IMG/VR virus record: IMGVR_UViG_3300021963_000086
Coordinates: 1 to 64,000 of that record
Strand: one strand, 5' to 3'
DNA: 64,000 bases
Source: a virus
The notes below the pieces were generated by a model. That model worked only from the letters and a program-made list of their open reading frames with translations. It searched no databases and was not told the DNA's origin. Below, piece after piece: positions 8,841 to 18,842 of this stretch; the stretch's first letter is position 1; every line of letters begins with the position of its first letter. A program made the position numbers and the translations under genes.

Positions 8841-10615
8841 ACTTCAATCATATCAACATCAAAACCAAATGTTGTAAATCCATTTTCTTTAGTTACTTGT
8901 AGGATAGTATTTACACGGCCCACCAATTCGTCTCTGTGCGAAATCAAAAACACATTTTTCTTTTGTTCACGACCCATTTTCTTAAGTACACCTAAGGCAC
9001 TATCTACTCCGTTTGGATCCATACCGCTATCTACCATTTCATCAATAAACAAAAGATTCAGCGGGCTGTTCAAACTTTCAAAAACATCACGGAATGCCCA
9101 GCTTAAACCTAGGATAAGTCTATTGCGTTCTCCTCTCGATAAATTATCAAAATCAAACTCTTGTCCTAACTGTGTAATGCTTACAGATAAATCACTTTCA
9201 AATCTAACTTCGTGTGGTAAGTTTAGCTCTGTTAGATAGTGTTCTAGTCTGTGATTTAAGTAACTAAGATTCTGCTCAATGATCTTACGACGAATAAAGC
9301 TATCTTTGTTTGTTAACAGTTTGAGCAAAAACTCTTGATGTTCAAGTAGCTTACTTAATTGGTTAACTTTAGTCCAATCAATCTCAACTAATGCACTATT
9401 TTGTAAAACTACAATCTGTTCGTGGTAAGGATCACTTTCTGTGTACCTTGTTTCTAACTGCTGATGTAAATTACTTAACGTAGTCTTATGGTTGATTGCA
9501 TCATCGATACTAATATACTTAACCTTGGGTTGGGTACCCATGGACCCAGTTAGCTCTTGGAGCTTAACTTCTGTTTGCTCTAGAGCAAGTCGGTTTTCTT
9601 CTAACTCAGTACGAACAACACCTATTGCACTTTCGAGTTCTGCAAGCATCTTGTCGTGACTTTGATCGTGCAACTCTTGACCGCAAGCATGACACTTGTG
9701 ATCTTTAGTGGTATTAAGTGCAGTAGTTAAATCAGTCAATTGAGTAGTCAAACGTTTAACTGCTGATTGCTCGGTTGCAAGATCCTTGTTTAGTCTTTTT
9801 AACTGTGATTCTTGTTCTTTCCACACAGTTAACGCCGCATGGTTTGCAAGCTCTTGTTCGATATCAATAGCATCGAGTTCATTGATTGCGGCTGTTAGCT
9901 TTTCAATATCTTCATCTCTCTTGCGTAACCAAACACCTGCTCTGCGTTCTAAATCTTCAATGCTAGTTTTAATTTTAGTATTGCTTTCTTGTTGTGCTTT
10001 GATACGGAACTCTTCTTCCTTGATACTATCCTTTACAGACTTACTTTGCTCTTTAAGCAATTCTGCCTTTTCAGACAGTAATGTAATCCCTAGTAATTGT
10101 TCAATAATAGACCGTTGGTCATTGGCTTTCATTCCTAGAAAAGGTTCTGTAAAGGTGTTCAAGGCCACAATATGTTTGAACATATCATAGCCAATACCTA
10201 ACACTTGCTCTATGTGCTCTTGGGTAAGTCTGTTTTCCCCTTGTCCTTCATCTGTACCGGCGTCATTAACCTCGCTATCGTCGACGATGAATTTAAAGAT
10301 GTTTGGCTTGCGACCTCTTTCAATTCTGTAGTTGTGTCCGTTTTTTTCGAACTCGATAGTAACCAACATACCTTTTGAGTTTGTTTTGTTAACAAGATTA
10401 TCTTTCCTAATGTTAGTAATGGCTTGTCCATACAAACCATAACACAGAGCATTGACCAGTGTGGTCTTACCTGTACCGTTACGACTGCCGTCTCCGCCTA
10501 GGTCCATATTCTTACCCAGAACCAACGTTAGTCCGTGTTCATTAAGTTTGACAGCCTGGGTTACATTACCCACGCTCATAAAGTTTTTGACTGTTATATT
10601 TTTTACAGTTATCAT
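8837..10615 (-). CDS. Recombination endonuclease ATPase subunit, T4 gp46 / SbcC / Rad50-like
   Basis: Walker A NGTGKTT, CHAC zinc hook, LSRGE signature, FIDE Walker B, ISH. Confidence 0.95.
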   Translation of the reverse strand: MITVKNITVKNFMSVGNVTQAVKLNEHGLTLVLGKNMDLGGDGSRNGTGKTTLVNALCYGLYGQAITNIRKDNLVNKTNSKGMLVTIEFEKNGHNYRIERGRKPNIFKFIVDDSEVNDAGTDEGQGENRLTQEHIEQVLGIGYDMFKHIVALNTFTEPFLGMKANDQRSIIEQLLGITLLSEKAELLKEQSKSVKDSIKEEEFRIKAQQESNTKIKTSIEDLERRAGVWLRKRDEDIEKLTAAINELDAIDIEQELANHAALTVWKEQESQLKRLNKDLATEQSAVKRLTTQLTDLTTALNTTKDHKCHACGQELHDQSHDKMLAELESAIGVVRTELEENRLALEQTEVKLQELTGSMGTQPKVKYISIDDAINHKTTLSNLHQQLETRYTESDPYHEQIVVLQNSALVEIDWTKVNQLSKLLEHQEFLLKLLTNKDSFIRRKIIEQNLSYLNHRLEHYLTELNLPHEVRFESDLSVSITQLGQEFDFDNLSRGERNRLILGLSWAFRDVFESLNSPLNLLFIDEMVDSGMDPNGVDSALGVLKKMGREQKKNVFLISHRDELVGRVNTILQVTKENGFTTFGFDVDMIEV

Positions 10616-10623
10616 AGATTACT

Positions 10624-10652
10624 ATATTACGCTAAACTATTGTAAATGTCAA
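10624..10652 (-). promoter_or_regulatory. sigma70-type promoter for gp46 (near-leaderless)
   Basis: TTGACA-17-TAATAT, 8 nt before the ATG at 10615. Confidence 0.5.
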
Positions 10653-11646
10653 CTAGCATCTGCTTGTCTATTACTTCACTATCGATTGCAGTAAGCTGAT
10701 TTAGAACAATAGTATCAACACTTTCAAATTTGATTTCACCGCCGTCCCATTCAGTTGCGTGTTCATCTTTCTTAGACGGTATGAAATTGATTTCTCGTAG
10801 ACTGTAAGTTTCTAAAAAGTTTTCTTTTAAGAAATTTGCTTCTTCATAGCTAATATCTACATCAACAGTAACACGAGCAAATGTGTTACTGTCTAAGTGT
10901 TTATCTGGGTCTTCTATTAGTTGACTTAGGGTAAGAGTGCGAAACTTTGGAGCCCCGGGCCAAGTTTTATATTCTGGTTTCTTACCCCACTCTAACAACA
11001 TCATACCTCGATCGTCATCTCCTGCATCGGCAAAGTTATGTGGGAAAGCGTTTCCGATATAATGTACATTGCCGCTAGATTGTCTTTTATGAAAGTGCCC
11101 GCTGAATACATATTCTTGGTTAGGGAAGTGTTGATGGTTAAGTCCGCCATGGTCCGGCATCTGTACCATAGCATTCATGTAGAAGTTAGGTAATTCAAAG
11201 TGACCAAAAACATATTTGCTTTTAATCTCTTTCATAGCTTTCCATTCTTCTTCTACTAACCAAGGACATAGTGTAACATTTCCTTCAGTCATAATCTCAT
11301 TGACCATAACAATATTGTTAATAGTACGAGTAAACGGAAGACTGTTGATTTCGCGTTTTTCTCTGTAATATAGATCGTGATTGCCTGCAATAAAGTAAAC
11401 AGTCTTAAAATTATTGCTCAATGTTTCTAAGTTACTAACAGTATAGTTTAAGGTACTAACGTTAACTGTTGCACGATGATGGTGCCAATCGCCTAAGAAG
11501 ATGCAGGTTTCGGCACCTTCTGCTTTTGCTGTTTCGCAAAACCAATTAACAAAGTTTTCACAGTCTTGATTATGTGCTCGACTATTTTGTCGCATACCAA
11601 AGTGAATGTCTGTGAAACATGCTACCTTCTTAAACAAATTACTCAT
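10627..11646 (-). CDS. Recombination endonuclease nuclease subunit, T4 gp47 / SbcD / Mre11-like
   Basis: DIHFG, GD, GNHD, GHFE, SGHFH metallophosphoesterase motifs; adjacent to gp46. Confidence 0.95.
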   Translation of the reverse strand: MSNLFKKVACFTDIHFGMRQNSRAHNQDCENFVNWFCETAKAEGAETCIFLGDWHHHRATVNVSTLNYTVSNLETLSNNFKTVYFIAGNHDLYYREKREINSLPFTRTINNIVMVNEIMTEGNVTLCPWLVEEEWKAMKEIKSKYVFGHFELPNFYMNAMVQMPDHGGLNHQHFPNQEYVFSGHFHKRQSSGNVHYIGNAFPHNFADAGDDDRGMMLLEWGKKPEYKTWPGAPKFRTLTLSQLIEDPDKHLDSNTFARVTVDVDISYEEANFLKENFLETYSLREINFIPSKKDEHATEWDGGEIKFESVDTIVLNQLTAIDSEVIDKQMLVDIYNSLA

Positions 11647-11810
11647 ACCAGTTCCTCAACAATGCCTAGCACTTCTGCTAGTATAAGGCAAACGCCTGCC
11701 ATTAGCAAGTTTCCTGTCATCAGCCAGCAACCTGCTCCTATGCGAATAAAACTTTTAGCAAGACTAACATAAAAATGTCCCCGGCTTGTGTCCTTAGGTT
11801 GTACTTCCAT
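11643..11810 (-). CDS. Small hydrophobic membrane protein (55 aa)
   Basis: Not in the ORF track: MEVQPKDTSRGHFYVSLAKSFIRIGAG...LAEVLGIVEELV; fills the gap, ATGA overlap with gp47. Confidence 0.7.
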   Translation of the reverse strand: MEVQPKDTSRGHFYVSLAKSFIRIGAGCWLMTGNLLMAGVCLILAEVLGIVEELV

Positions 11811-12708
11811 CTTCAACTGGCTCCTTTAGTGCATTATTGCGTTCACGTTCTTCGGCCATTGCGGCTTCGTGTTCTAGCTGGCGTGTGTAGCTAGGCATTT
11901 GTCCTGACTCAATTAACAGGTCATCGCGGATAACTTGATTCTTCTTCTCAATGTTAAGAATACGAGTAAAGCTATTAGTGATTGCGGCCGTGTAATAAGC
12001 AAACGGATTTTCTGATTTTGATTCATCAAACTGTAGACCGATTTGACTTAGTTGTAATAATGCTTGTCCGCGCATTTCTTCTACATAAGTGTAACCACGC
12101 CAGTTAGAGCGCATACTGTAACGTTCGCAGAGTTTGATATACATTTCTGCTAGTCGTCTGGTTGTCTTACCGTGGTCTACACAAAATTCTCCGTCATCGG
12201 GTGTACCCTTCCAGTGGCTACGGGCTACTTCCTCCCATTTACCTTTTATTTTAGCATAATGCTTATATGGCGGAAAGTTAATCTTTGCGTGATAATCACT
12301 AATTAACTTAGGTTTGTTTTTACGTCCAGGCTCTTGGGGAATATGATCAAATGTGGTTACGCGAAATACTAGGTCTTCTAGATTAAATGATTCGGGGTCT
12401 GGTTTAAAGTTTATCAGCTTAGGCTTTTCGCCCTTGCTACCCCTAGCTTCCCACTCTTTTACGGCCTGCTCCCAAAGCTCTGCGCCTACACGATCTGAGC
12501 GTGTTTTGCGAGCTTCGGCTAATGGCCCGTTTTCCCATTTAGCTGTCGGTGTGTTTGGTTCGTTGTCTAGCATGTCTAGGTTAGGAACAATAAGGTCGTA
12601 GTAATAATACTGCTGGTCCATACACCATGTGTAAGTCATCTTACTTTTATGGATTTCCTTTAAAATGTCCTTGTTACCTAAATATACTGTTTTTTTAGTT
12701 GTGGTCAT
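11794..12708 (-). CDS. Late transcription sigma factor, T4 gp55-like (enlarged)
   Basis: YLGNKDILKEI N-terminus; NWRGYTYVEEM, FDESKSENPFAYYT, F.R.L..EKK; synteny gp55-gp47-gp46; ATG 12708 preferred over TTG 12744. Confidence 0.88.
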   Translation of the reverse strand: MTTTKKTVYLGNKDILKEIHKSKMTYTWCMDQQYYYYDLIVPNLDMLDNEPNTPTAKWENGPLAEARKTRSDRVGAELWEQAVKEWEARGSKGEKPKLINFKPDPESFNLEDLVFRVTTFDHIPQEPGRKNKPKLISDYHAKINFPPYKHYAKIKGKWEEVARSHWKGTPDDGEFCVDHGKTTRRLAEMYIKLCERYSMRSNWRGYTYVEEMRGQALLQLSQIGLQFDESKSENPFAYYTAAITNSFTRILNIEKKNQVIRDDLLIESGQMPSYTRQLEHEAAMAEERERNNALKEPVEDGSTT

Positions 12709-12714
12709 AAGATT

Positions 12715-12744
12715 ATTGTAGCAGATTAGCAACACAAAAGTCAA
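12715..12744 (-). promoter_or_regulatory. sigma70-type promoter for gp55 (leaderless)
   Basis: TTGACT-18-TACAAT, 6 nt before the ATG. Confidence 0.55.
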
Positions 12745-12778
12745 CGTTTTATTCGCAAAAACGGTAAAAATTTAACGC

Positions 12779-12786
12779 CATAAATA
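12779..12786 (+). promoter_or_regulatory. Late promoter (CATAAATA)
   Basis: TAAATA core at the head of the + strand tail operon. Confidence 0.55.
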
Positions 12787-12806
12787 TGTGATAAGGATAA
12801 AGTTCT

Positions 12807-13424
12807 ATGCGTCTCAATGAAATCGAATCTAAGTTTTTAGTAGTTTACCCTGGTCGTTTCCAGCCTTTTCACATAGGGCATCGTAAGGTTTACGACAGTT
12901 TAGTGAAACAATTTCGCTCTAGCCCCGTTTTTATTGCTACTAGTAATAAAGTTGAACTACCAAAAAGCCCATTTAACTTTGAAGAAAAGAAGCAAATGAT
13001 GCTGTCTACAGGTGTACCTAACCAAGCAATCGTGCAATGCAGAGTACCTTATCAACCCGTAGAAATTACTGAAAAATATGATCCTGAAAAAGTAATCCTT
13101 GTGTTTGCAGTAAGCCAAAAAGATATGGAAACTGATCCTCGTTTCAGTTTTAAACCCAAGAAGGACGGATCACCTAGCTATTTACAACCTTTTTCAGGAA
13201 CAGAAGAATACCAGCCATTTGCTAAACACGGATACGTTATTGTATCTGAAACGTTTCCGTTTACCGTAGCAGGTAAGCCAGCAACAGGAGCGACACAAAT
13301 TAGAGAACTATATGCAAACGCAAACGAAGAAACACGCATGAAGATTGTTACAGATTTATACGGCAACTTTAATCAAGACATTTACACGTTGTTCAACGAA
13401 AAACTAGGAGCACAAAATGGCTGA
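12807..13424 (+). CDS. HIGH-superfamily nucleotidyltransferase (cytidyltransferase-like)
   Basis: GRFQPFHIGH, SPFNFEEK, GATQIR. Confidence 0.85.
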   Translation: MRLNEIESKFLVVYPGRFQPFHIGHRKVYDSLVKQFRSSPVFIATSNKVELPKSPFNFEEKKQMMLSTGVPNQAIVQCRVPYQPVEITEKYDPEKVILVFAVSQKDMETDPRFSFKPKKDGSPSYLQPFSGTEEYQPFAKHGYVIVSETFPFTVAGKPATGATQIRELYANANEETRMKIVTDLYGNFNQDIYTLFNEKLGAQNG

Positions 13425-14025
13425 TAGACGTGCCAGTATATTATTAAAAAGAGGTGCAAGAGATCCTTTACTTAGCGGTCCGTTATTAGCACCATTGCAA
13501 AAATTTGGCGGTGTAGTATTTCCGTTTACTCCTCAGATTACATATAACGTACAGTCTGAATGGCAACCATTTAACTTAGTTCACACAAATTATCAACCAC
13601 AAATTTATGCTAGAACAAAGAACCCTGTTATTTCTATTAATAATGCAACATTTACAGCAACAACAGAAGAAGATGCAAAGTATATGTTTGCCGTAACACA
13701 TTTCTTTAAGACTGTTACTAAGATGAGTTTTGGTGTTAAAGATCCTAATAGAGGTAGCCCTCCTCCTGTACTTAATTTTAGTGCTTACGGAGATGCTATG
13801 TTTAGAGATGTTCCTATCGTTATTACAGATTTTAACATGGTATATGATAATCAAGTTGACTACGTTAAGTTTACAGTAGGTGGAAGTGAAATTAATATGC
13901 CTATCAAGATGGATATTACTGTTAACCTATTAGTTAACATGCCAATGAATGACATTAAAAACAACTTTACATTAAAAGACTTTGCTAACGGAAATCTAAT
14001 TAAACAGAAAAAAGGATACATCTAA
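13417..14025 (+). CDS. Baseplate / tail tube initiator protein (gp48/gp54-like)
   Basis: FPFTPQI, G.PPPVL.FSAYG, VPIVIT; lies before the LysM wedge and hub genes. Confidence 0.65.
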   Translation: MADRRASILLKRGARDPLLSGPLLAPLQKFGGVVFPFTPQITYNVQSEWQPFNLVHTNYQPQIYARTKNPVISINNATFTATTEEDAKYMFAVTHFFKTVTKMSFGVKDPNRGSPPPVLNFSAYGDAMFRDVPIVITDFNMVYDNQVDYVKFTVGGSEINMPIKMDITVNLLVNMPMNDIKNNFTLKDFANGNLIKQKKGYI

Positions 14026-14316
14026 ATGGAATATTTAAACTCTAGTCCTTACACAGATACTAAGGTATACAAATTTTATTTAGACATTGCAAATCTACCA
14101 GTTATCTCACCCGACGGTACAGAATTTGAAGCACCTATAGATGCAAAGTACCATAACAGGCCAGATCTGCTTGCATACGAAGCATACGGGTCTAGTCGAT
14201 TGTGGTGGGTGTTTTCGGCTCTAAATCCAGATGTTCTTAAAGACCCTGTTTTTGATTTTACATCTGGTACAGTGATTAAATTATTAAGCAAAGAACGAGC
14301 ACAGGCACTACTATAA
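14026..14316 (+). CDS. Baseplate wedge protein, gp53/LysM-like
   Basis: RPDLLAYEAYGSSRLWWVF..LN motif. Confidence 0.8.
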   Translation: MEYLNSSPYTDTKVYKFYLDIANLPVISPDGTEFEAPIDAKYHNRPDLLAYEAYGSSRLWWVFSALNPDVLKDPVFDFTSGTVIKLLSKERAQALL

Positions 14317-16724
14317 TGGGATTAATGGACGCATGGGCCAAAGGTAAAGAGGCCGAAAAACAACAAGCTATTGACAAGGCCAGAGCAGACGGAACTCTAG
14401 GCCAAAATGGCCAGCCTCCGTCAAATCCTGAAGAAGCTAAAAAGAATGCCGCAAAAAATCGCTGGTCTGCTTCTATTAGAGATGAGTCGTCTAGACTAGA
14501 TCAAGCCAAAGAACGTTATGATTCAGGTACAGACAAAACCGCCGGTGTAGCAGATATTGATGCACAATTAGCAGACAAGGCCGTATTTAGAGATAATGTA
14601 TTAATGAACTATGAAAGTTTTAGTTACTATCTAAGACTTACTATGATTAATCCTAGCCTTGCAGGAGACTTTGATCCTACACAAGGTGTAGTAGTTGCCG
14701 AAACAGGTGTGACTACAGAATTCTCTATAGATAATTGCGAACTCAAACACATTGTAGGATGGAGCGACAAAAGTCAGGGTGCGTTTGGTCATAGCGGTAG
14801 TATGACTATTGTTGAACCATCTGGAGTTAAATTTTTAGATAAACTAGTTAAGACAGCGTCTTTCCTTCGTATTCCTAATCACACTCAAGCAAGATACTTT
14901 TTAGAAGTTACTTTTAAAGGCACTGATCCTACGACCGGTGACAGCAAGTTTATTCCAGGACTGTACTATATTTGGAGCCTTGCATTTACTAAAGTAGAAA
15001 TGACCGTTACTGAAAAGGGCGGCGAATACAGAGTACAATTTGTATTAACACAAGAAGGTGCCACAGAAAGTATTGTAGAAAATTTACGTGCAGTTGTTAA
15101 CGTTCCTAGTACCACTGTTGGTGAATACTTTAAAGGACTAGAAACAGCATTAAACAAAAGAGAAGAGTCTAATATTGGTATTACAAAATTTGTACCTAAT
15201 GAATATATCTTTAAGGTAGATGACGAAATTGCTAAAATGCCGTTTGCTAACTTTGATCCAGGCACTATTTCTCAAAATAAAAAAGTACAAACGTCAGATG
15301 GTAAGACGTTGCCGACGTTTCGTGAAGGCACTGGCATATTAGGATTGATTAATATTATTCTAGCAGGTACCAACGACTTTCAACAGTTCCGAAAGGAAAA
15401 TAATAAATCAACACAAGCACCAAACAGCGATCTAAAAGATAAAAAGAAGGGCACCGATCCGTCTGTGGCGGCTGACTTGTACAGTTTCTTTAGAGTACAA
15501 ACTTGGTGTGACTTTACTGATTACGATTTCTTTACCCGTGACTGGGGTAGAAAAGTAACGTACTTTATTTTTCCTAGTATTACACCACAAATCATGACTC
15601 CTAGCGATCAAGATGAATTTGCAGGTAAGGATGCTAAAGCTGTTACTAAAAAACGTATAGAGAATTTGAGAAAAAAACGTGAAACAGAAAAAGAAAAAAA
15701 TATACAGTTGTTAGCAAAACGTTATGATTATTTTTATACAGGACTTAATAATTCTGTAATGAACTTTTCTATCAAGCTAAACAATGCTTACTTGTCTGCT
15801 ATACCTCCTACCGATAGTGTTATGGATAATGCACAGTATGGAGATAAAATTAAGAACGACCCTAAGAAACCTAAACCTTTAAGTGAGCTAACTGCGGCCG
15901 AGGCAAGAACACGATGGGCCAGTAACGCACAAGAACTTAAAAAAGAAGAGCTTAAAGGCGAATCAGGTGATAAGTCTAAGATAGATAAACTGACAGCAGA
16001 AAACAAAGAATTAGGATCAGTGTTTACTCAAGAACAAGCAGATAAAAAGAAAAGACTAGGCCCTCTGGCAAGAACGGGCATTACTCCACAAGGAGCAGAC
16101 CCAACAAAACTTCGTATTGATCCAAGGATGAAATACACAGATAGTCAAGAAATTCTTAAAGACGACGCTGTAGATCCTGGGTTCCTCCAAGTTAGATTCC
16201 ACGAAGACGATTCAGGAAATGAAACACAGCAAGGTGTTGAAGGCCCTTTTAGTAAGAGCCGAGGTAGTTTTGGATACATTTTTAATCAGCTAAAACAAAG
16301 TGCAGACCTAGTAAACATTGATGTAGATATCATTGGAGATCCTTATTGGTTCGGAGTTCCTAATAGCATTATTAAAGACAGGGTATTGAAAGCACAAAAC
16401 GGCAATAATAGCTTAATGAAAACGGCCGCTAATTTTGAAGTTGGTGCAAACTATTTTTACATAACAGTAAACACACCGCAACCATATGATCCTGCTACGG
16501 GAGTAATGACGTTTGATCGAAATGATATGATTAGCGGATATTATGTTGTAAGAGAAGTGAAATCTAAATTTACCAACAACGGACAGTTTTCGCAATCGCT
16601 AAACGGTATTAGAGATGTGGGTATTGTTACAGCATTTATTCCTAAGAGCGATGCACAGTTAGCAAAAGAAATTCGCGATGAAGACCGACGTCGAGAAGAC
16701 GAAAAGAAAAGAGCAAAGAAGTAA
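14316..16724 (+). CDS. Baseplate hub protein, gp27-like
   Basis: IIGDPYW, SGYYVVREVKSKF..GQFSQ.L C-terminus; position before gp5. Confidence 0.7.
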   Translation: MGLMDAWAKGKEAEKQQAIDKARADGTLGQNGQPPSNPEEAKKNAAKNRWSASIRDESSRLDQAKERYDSGTDKTAGVADIDAQLADKAVFRDNVLMNYESFSYYLRLTMINPSLAGDFDPTQGVVVAETGVTTEFSIDNCELKHIVGWSDKSQGAFGHSGSMTIVEPSGVKFLDKLVKTASFLRIPNHTQARYFLEVTFKGTDPTTGDSKFIPGLYYIWSLAFTKVEMTVTEKGGEYRVQFVLTQEGATESIVENLRAVVNVPSTTVGEYFKGLETALNKREESNIGITKFVPNEYIFKVDDEIAKMPFANFDPGTISQNKKVQTSDGKTLPTFREGTGILGLINIILAGTNDFQQFRKENNKSTQAPNSDLKDKKKGTDPSVAADLYSFFRVQTWCDFTDYDFFTRDWGRKVTYFIFPSITPQIMTPSDQDEFAGKDAKAVTKKRIENLRKKRETEKEKNIQLLAKRYDYFYTGLNNSVMNFSIKLNNAYLSAIPPTDSVMDNAQYGDKIKNDPKKPKPLSELTAAEARTRWASNAQELKKEELKGESGDKSKIDKLTAENKELGSVFTQEQADKKKRLGPLARTGITPQGADPTKLRIDPRMKYTDSQEILKDDAVDPGFLQVRFHEDDSGNETQQGVEGPFSKSRGSFGYIFNQLKQSADLVNIDVDIIGDPYWFGVPNSIIKDRVLKAQNGNNSLMKTAANFEVGANYFYITVNTPQPYDPATGVMTFDRNDMISGYYVVREVKSKFTNNGQFSQSLNGIRDVGIVTAFIPKSDAQLAKEIRDEDRRREDEKKRAKK

Positions 16725-16727
16725 CCC

Positions 16728-18605
16728 ATGGCACTATCAGTAAGAGCAGGACAAGTTAGAAGTCATCTTAAAGACGATCCCGGTGGCAGAATTAATTCAG
16801 CCTCGGGCGTTTATATTGCTATTGTTAAAAACAATAAAGATGATTTAAACATGGGCCGCTTGCAAGTATGGGTGCCCGAGATGAAAGGTAACCCAGACGA
16901 TGCTTCTAATTGGATCTGGGTAAGCTATTGCAGTCCTTTTGCAGGAGCCACTAATCCAGAATCATTAGGTGGTGATGTTAAAACTAGTTCGCAACTTGCT
17001 TATGGATTTTGGGCTGTGCCCCCTGACTTAAACAATGAAGTCATAGTTGCATTTCCTAGCGGAGATACTGCAAAGGGTGTTTGGATAGGCGGGTTATTCC
17101 AGCAGGCAAATACTTATTCTGTTCCGGGGCTACCTAGGGGTAAGGTATATGCAGGAGATAATACAGGGGAATTGCCTAGTGCTGAAAAGAGCAAACGAGA
17201 TTTAGATAATGATGCAAGTTTGCGCCCTAAGCATTCCACGCTAGCAGATGCACTACAACAACAAGGTTTAGATAAAGATTATATTAGAGGTTTAACTGAT
17301 AGCGGAGCACATAGAGAAAGCCCGAGTCAGGTCGTAGGCTTATTAACACCAGGACAACATCAGTTTGTAATGGATGATGCTGGCAACAATAATGGTATTA
17401 GATTACGTACAGCACACGGCGCACAGATTTTTATTAGTGATGCCTTTGGTATGGTTTATATCATTAATAGAGATGGTACTGCATGGTTTGAGTTGAGTGC
17501 CGACGGTCACATTGATGCTTACAGCGATAGCGGTATAAACTTTCACACTAACGGTGACTTTAATATACGTGCAGGCGGTAACGTTAACATCGAAGCAGGT
17601 GCAGGCATTAACATGGCCGCCGGCGGAGACTGGAAACTAAGTGCCGCAGGTACTGGTAACATTGGTGTTGCCCAAAAGTTAATTATAGCCGGCTCAGAAA
17701 CACACATCAATGGAGAAGCTCCTGGTGTTCCTACAGTACACGGCCTAGCAGTTAACAGCGGTATTAGAAATAGTGTTGCCAGTCGTGTGCCAGAACACGA
17801 ACCATGGAGAGGACACGTTAACGTACCGCCTCCTGCCCTTGCAGGATCAAATGCGGCTATTACACCAACTTCTGACCCTAACGCATCTAGCGAACCCCTT
17901 AACACAGATGACATTAATCCAAGCGAAAACGTTGACAATATCACTTGTAAGCCACTACAAGAACTACACATCAGCAAGCAAGGTGTAGATTTTATTTTAG
18001 GTCTCGAAAGTTATCGTCCTATCGACTACTGGGATTATAGATATAACAGTATTGGTTTTGGACATTTACAACAACCTGGTATTGCTCATGACAAACCTGG
18101 GGAGTTCGACAACGGCTTAACATACGACGAAGCATACAATAAGTTCCTACAAGACATACAGGCATTTGAAAAGAGTGTTAAAAGTCGTTGGAGTAAAACA
18201 AAATGTATGACCCAGCCGCAATTTGATGCAATTATCAGTGGATGCTACAACATGGGTGTAGGTGGTTTTAGTGGTATACAATACAAAGGTAAAAGTATAT
18301 CTGAGTGGGGCGCCGATGGTAACTGGGATGCCGTTGCACAAGGCATGACAGAATGTAAAGCTGAAAACGGTCGTAGATTAAAAGAAGTACAAGTATTAAA
18401 AGCTGGCAGTTATCCCCAAGGCATAACTAAAGCCGCATTAGAAAATACAGGCAAGACAGTTGTTAAACGTCAGATTGAAGGCGGTACAGGTGCACCTATT
18501 AAAGGACCAGAAGTGGGTCCTGGACGATATAAACCTATTATTGGAACGCCAACTGAAAGACAAAAACGTCAGTGGCAAGAAGCTAAGAAAAGAGCAGGCT
18601 GGTAA
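16728..18605 (+). CDS. Baseplate spike gp5-like with OB-fold, beta-helix and C-terminal GH24-type lysozyme
   Basis: GRLQVWVP..W..VPP..VIVAF..GD; G-rich beta repeats; E..D..SIGFGH, QFDAIIS..YN.G, RR..E. Confidence 0.85.
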   Translation: MALSVRAGQVRSHLKDDPGGRINSASGVYIAIVKNNKDDLNMGRLQVWVPEMKGNPDDASNWIWVSYCSPFAGATNPESLGGDVKTSSQLAYGFWAVPPDLNNEVIVAFPSGDTAKGVWIGGLFQQANTYSVPGLPRGKVYAGDNTGELPSAEKSKRDLDNDASLRPKHSTLADALQQQGLDKDYIRGLTDSGAHRESPSQVVGLLTPGQHQFVMDDAGNNNGIRLRTAHGAQIFISDAFGMVYIINRDGTAWFELSADGHIDAYSDSGINFHTNGDFNIRAGGNVNIEAGAGINMAAGGDWKLSAAGTGNIGVAQKLIIAGSETHINGEAPGVPTVHGLAVNSGIRNSVASRVPEHEPWRGHVNVPPPALAGSNAAITPTSDPNASSEPLNTDDINPSENVDNITCKPLQELHISKQGVDFILGLESYRPIDYWDYRYNSIGFGHLQQPGIAHDKPGEFDNGLTYDEAYNKFLQDIQAFEKSVKSRWSKTKCMTQPQFDAIISGCYNMGVGGFSGIQYKGKSISEWGADGNWDAVAQGMTECKAENGRRLKEVQVLKAGSYPQGITKAALENTGKTVVKRQIEGGTGAPIKGPEVGPGRYKPIIGTPTERQKRQWQEAKKRAGW

Positions 18606-18842
18606 TTAGCCTTTTAGCTTTTCGATGAACATTTCTTTTGCTTTGTCTTTAACAAGTTCTTCTTCAGCTTCTAGTATGTCTAAGGTAATACTTGATAGTA
18701 ATTCTTCTAGTTGTTTCCTACCATCATCGGTCCAATTACTATACTTAAGGCCAACACTACTTTTATAGAAGAATGATTTATTGTTCATCATCTCTACCAT
18801 ACTGCCGTAGAGTATATCTTTAATTGCTTGTTTCTTTTTCAT
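18606..18842 (-). CDS. Hypothetical protein
   Basis: Likely start MKKKQ at 18842; the longer track ORF overlaps the next gene. Confidence 0.6.
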   Translation of the reverse strand: MKKKQAIKDILYGSMVEMMNNKSFFYKSSVGLKYSNWTDDGRKQLEELLSSITLDILEAEEELVKDKAKEMFIEKLKG

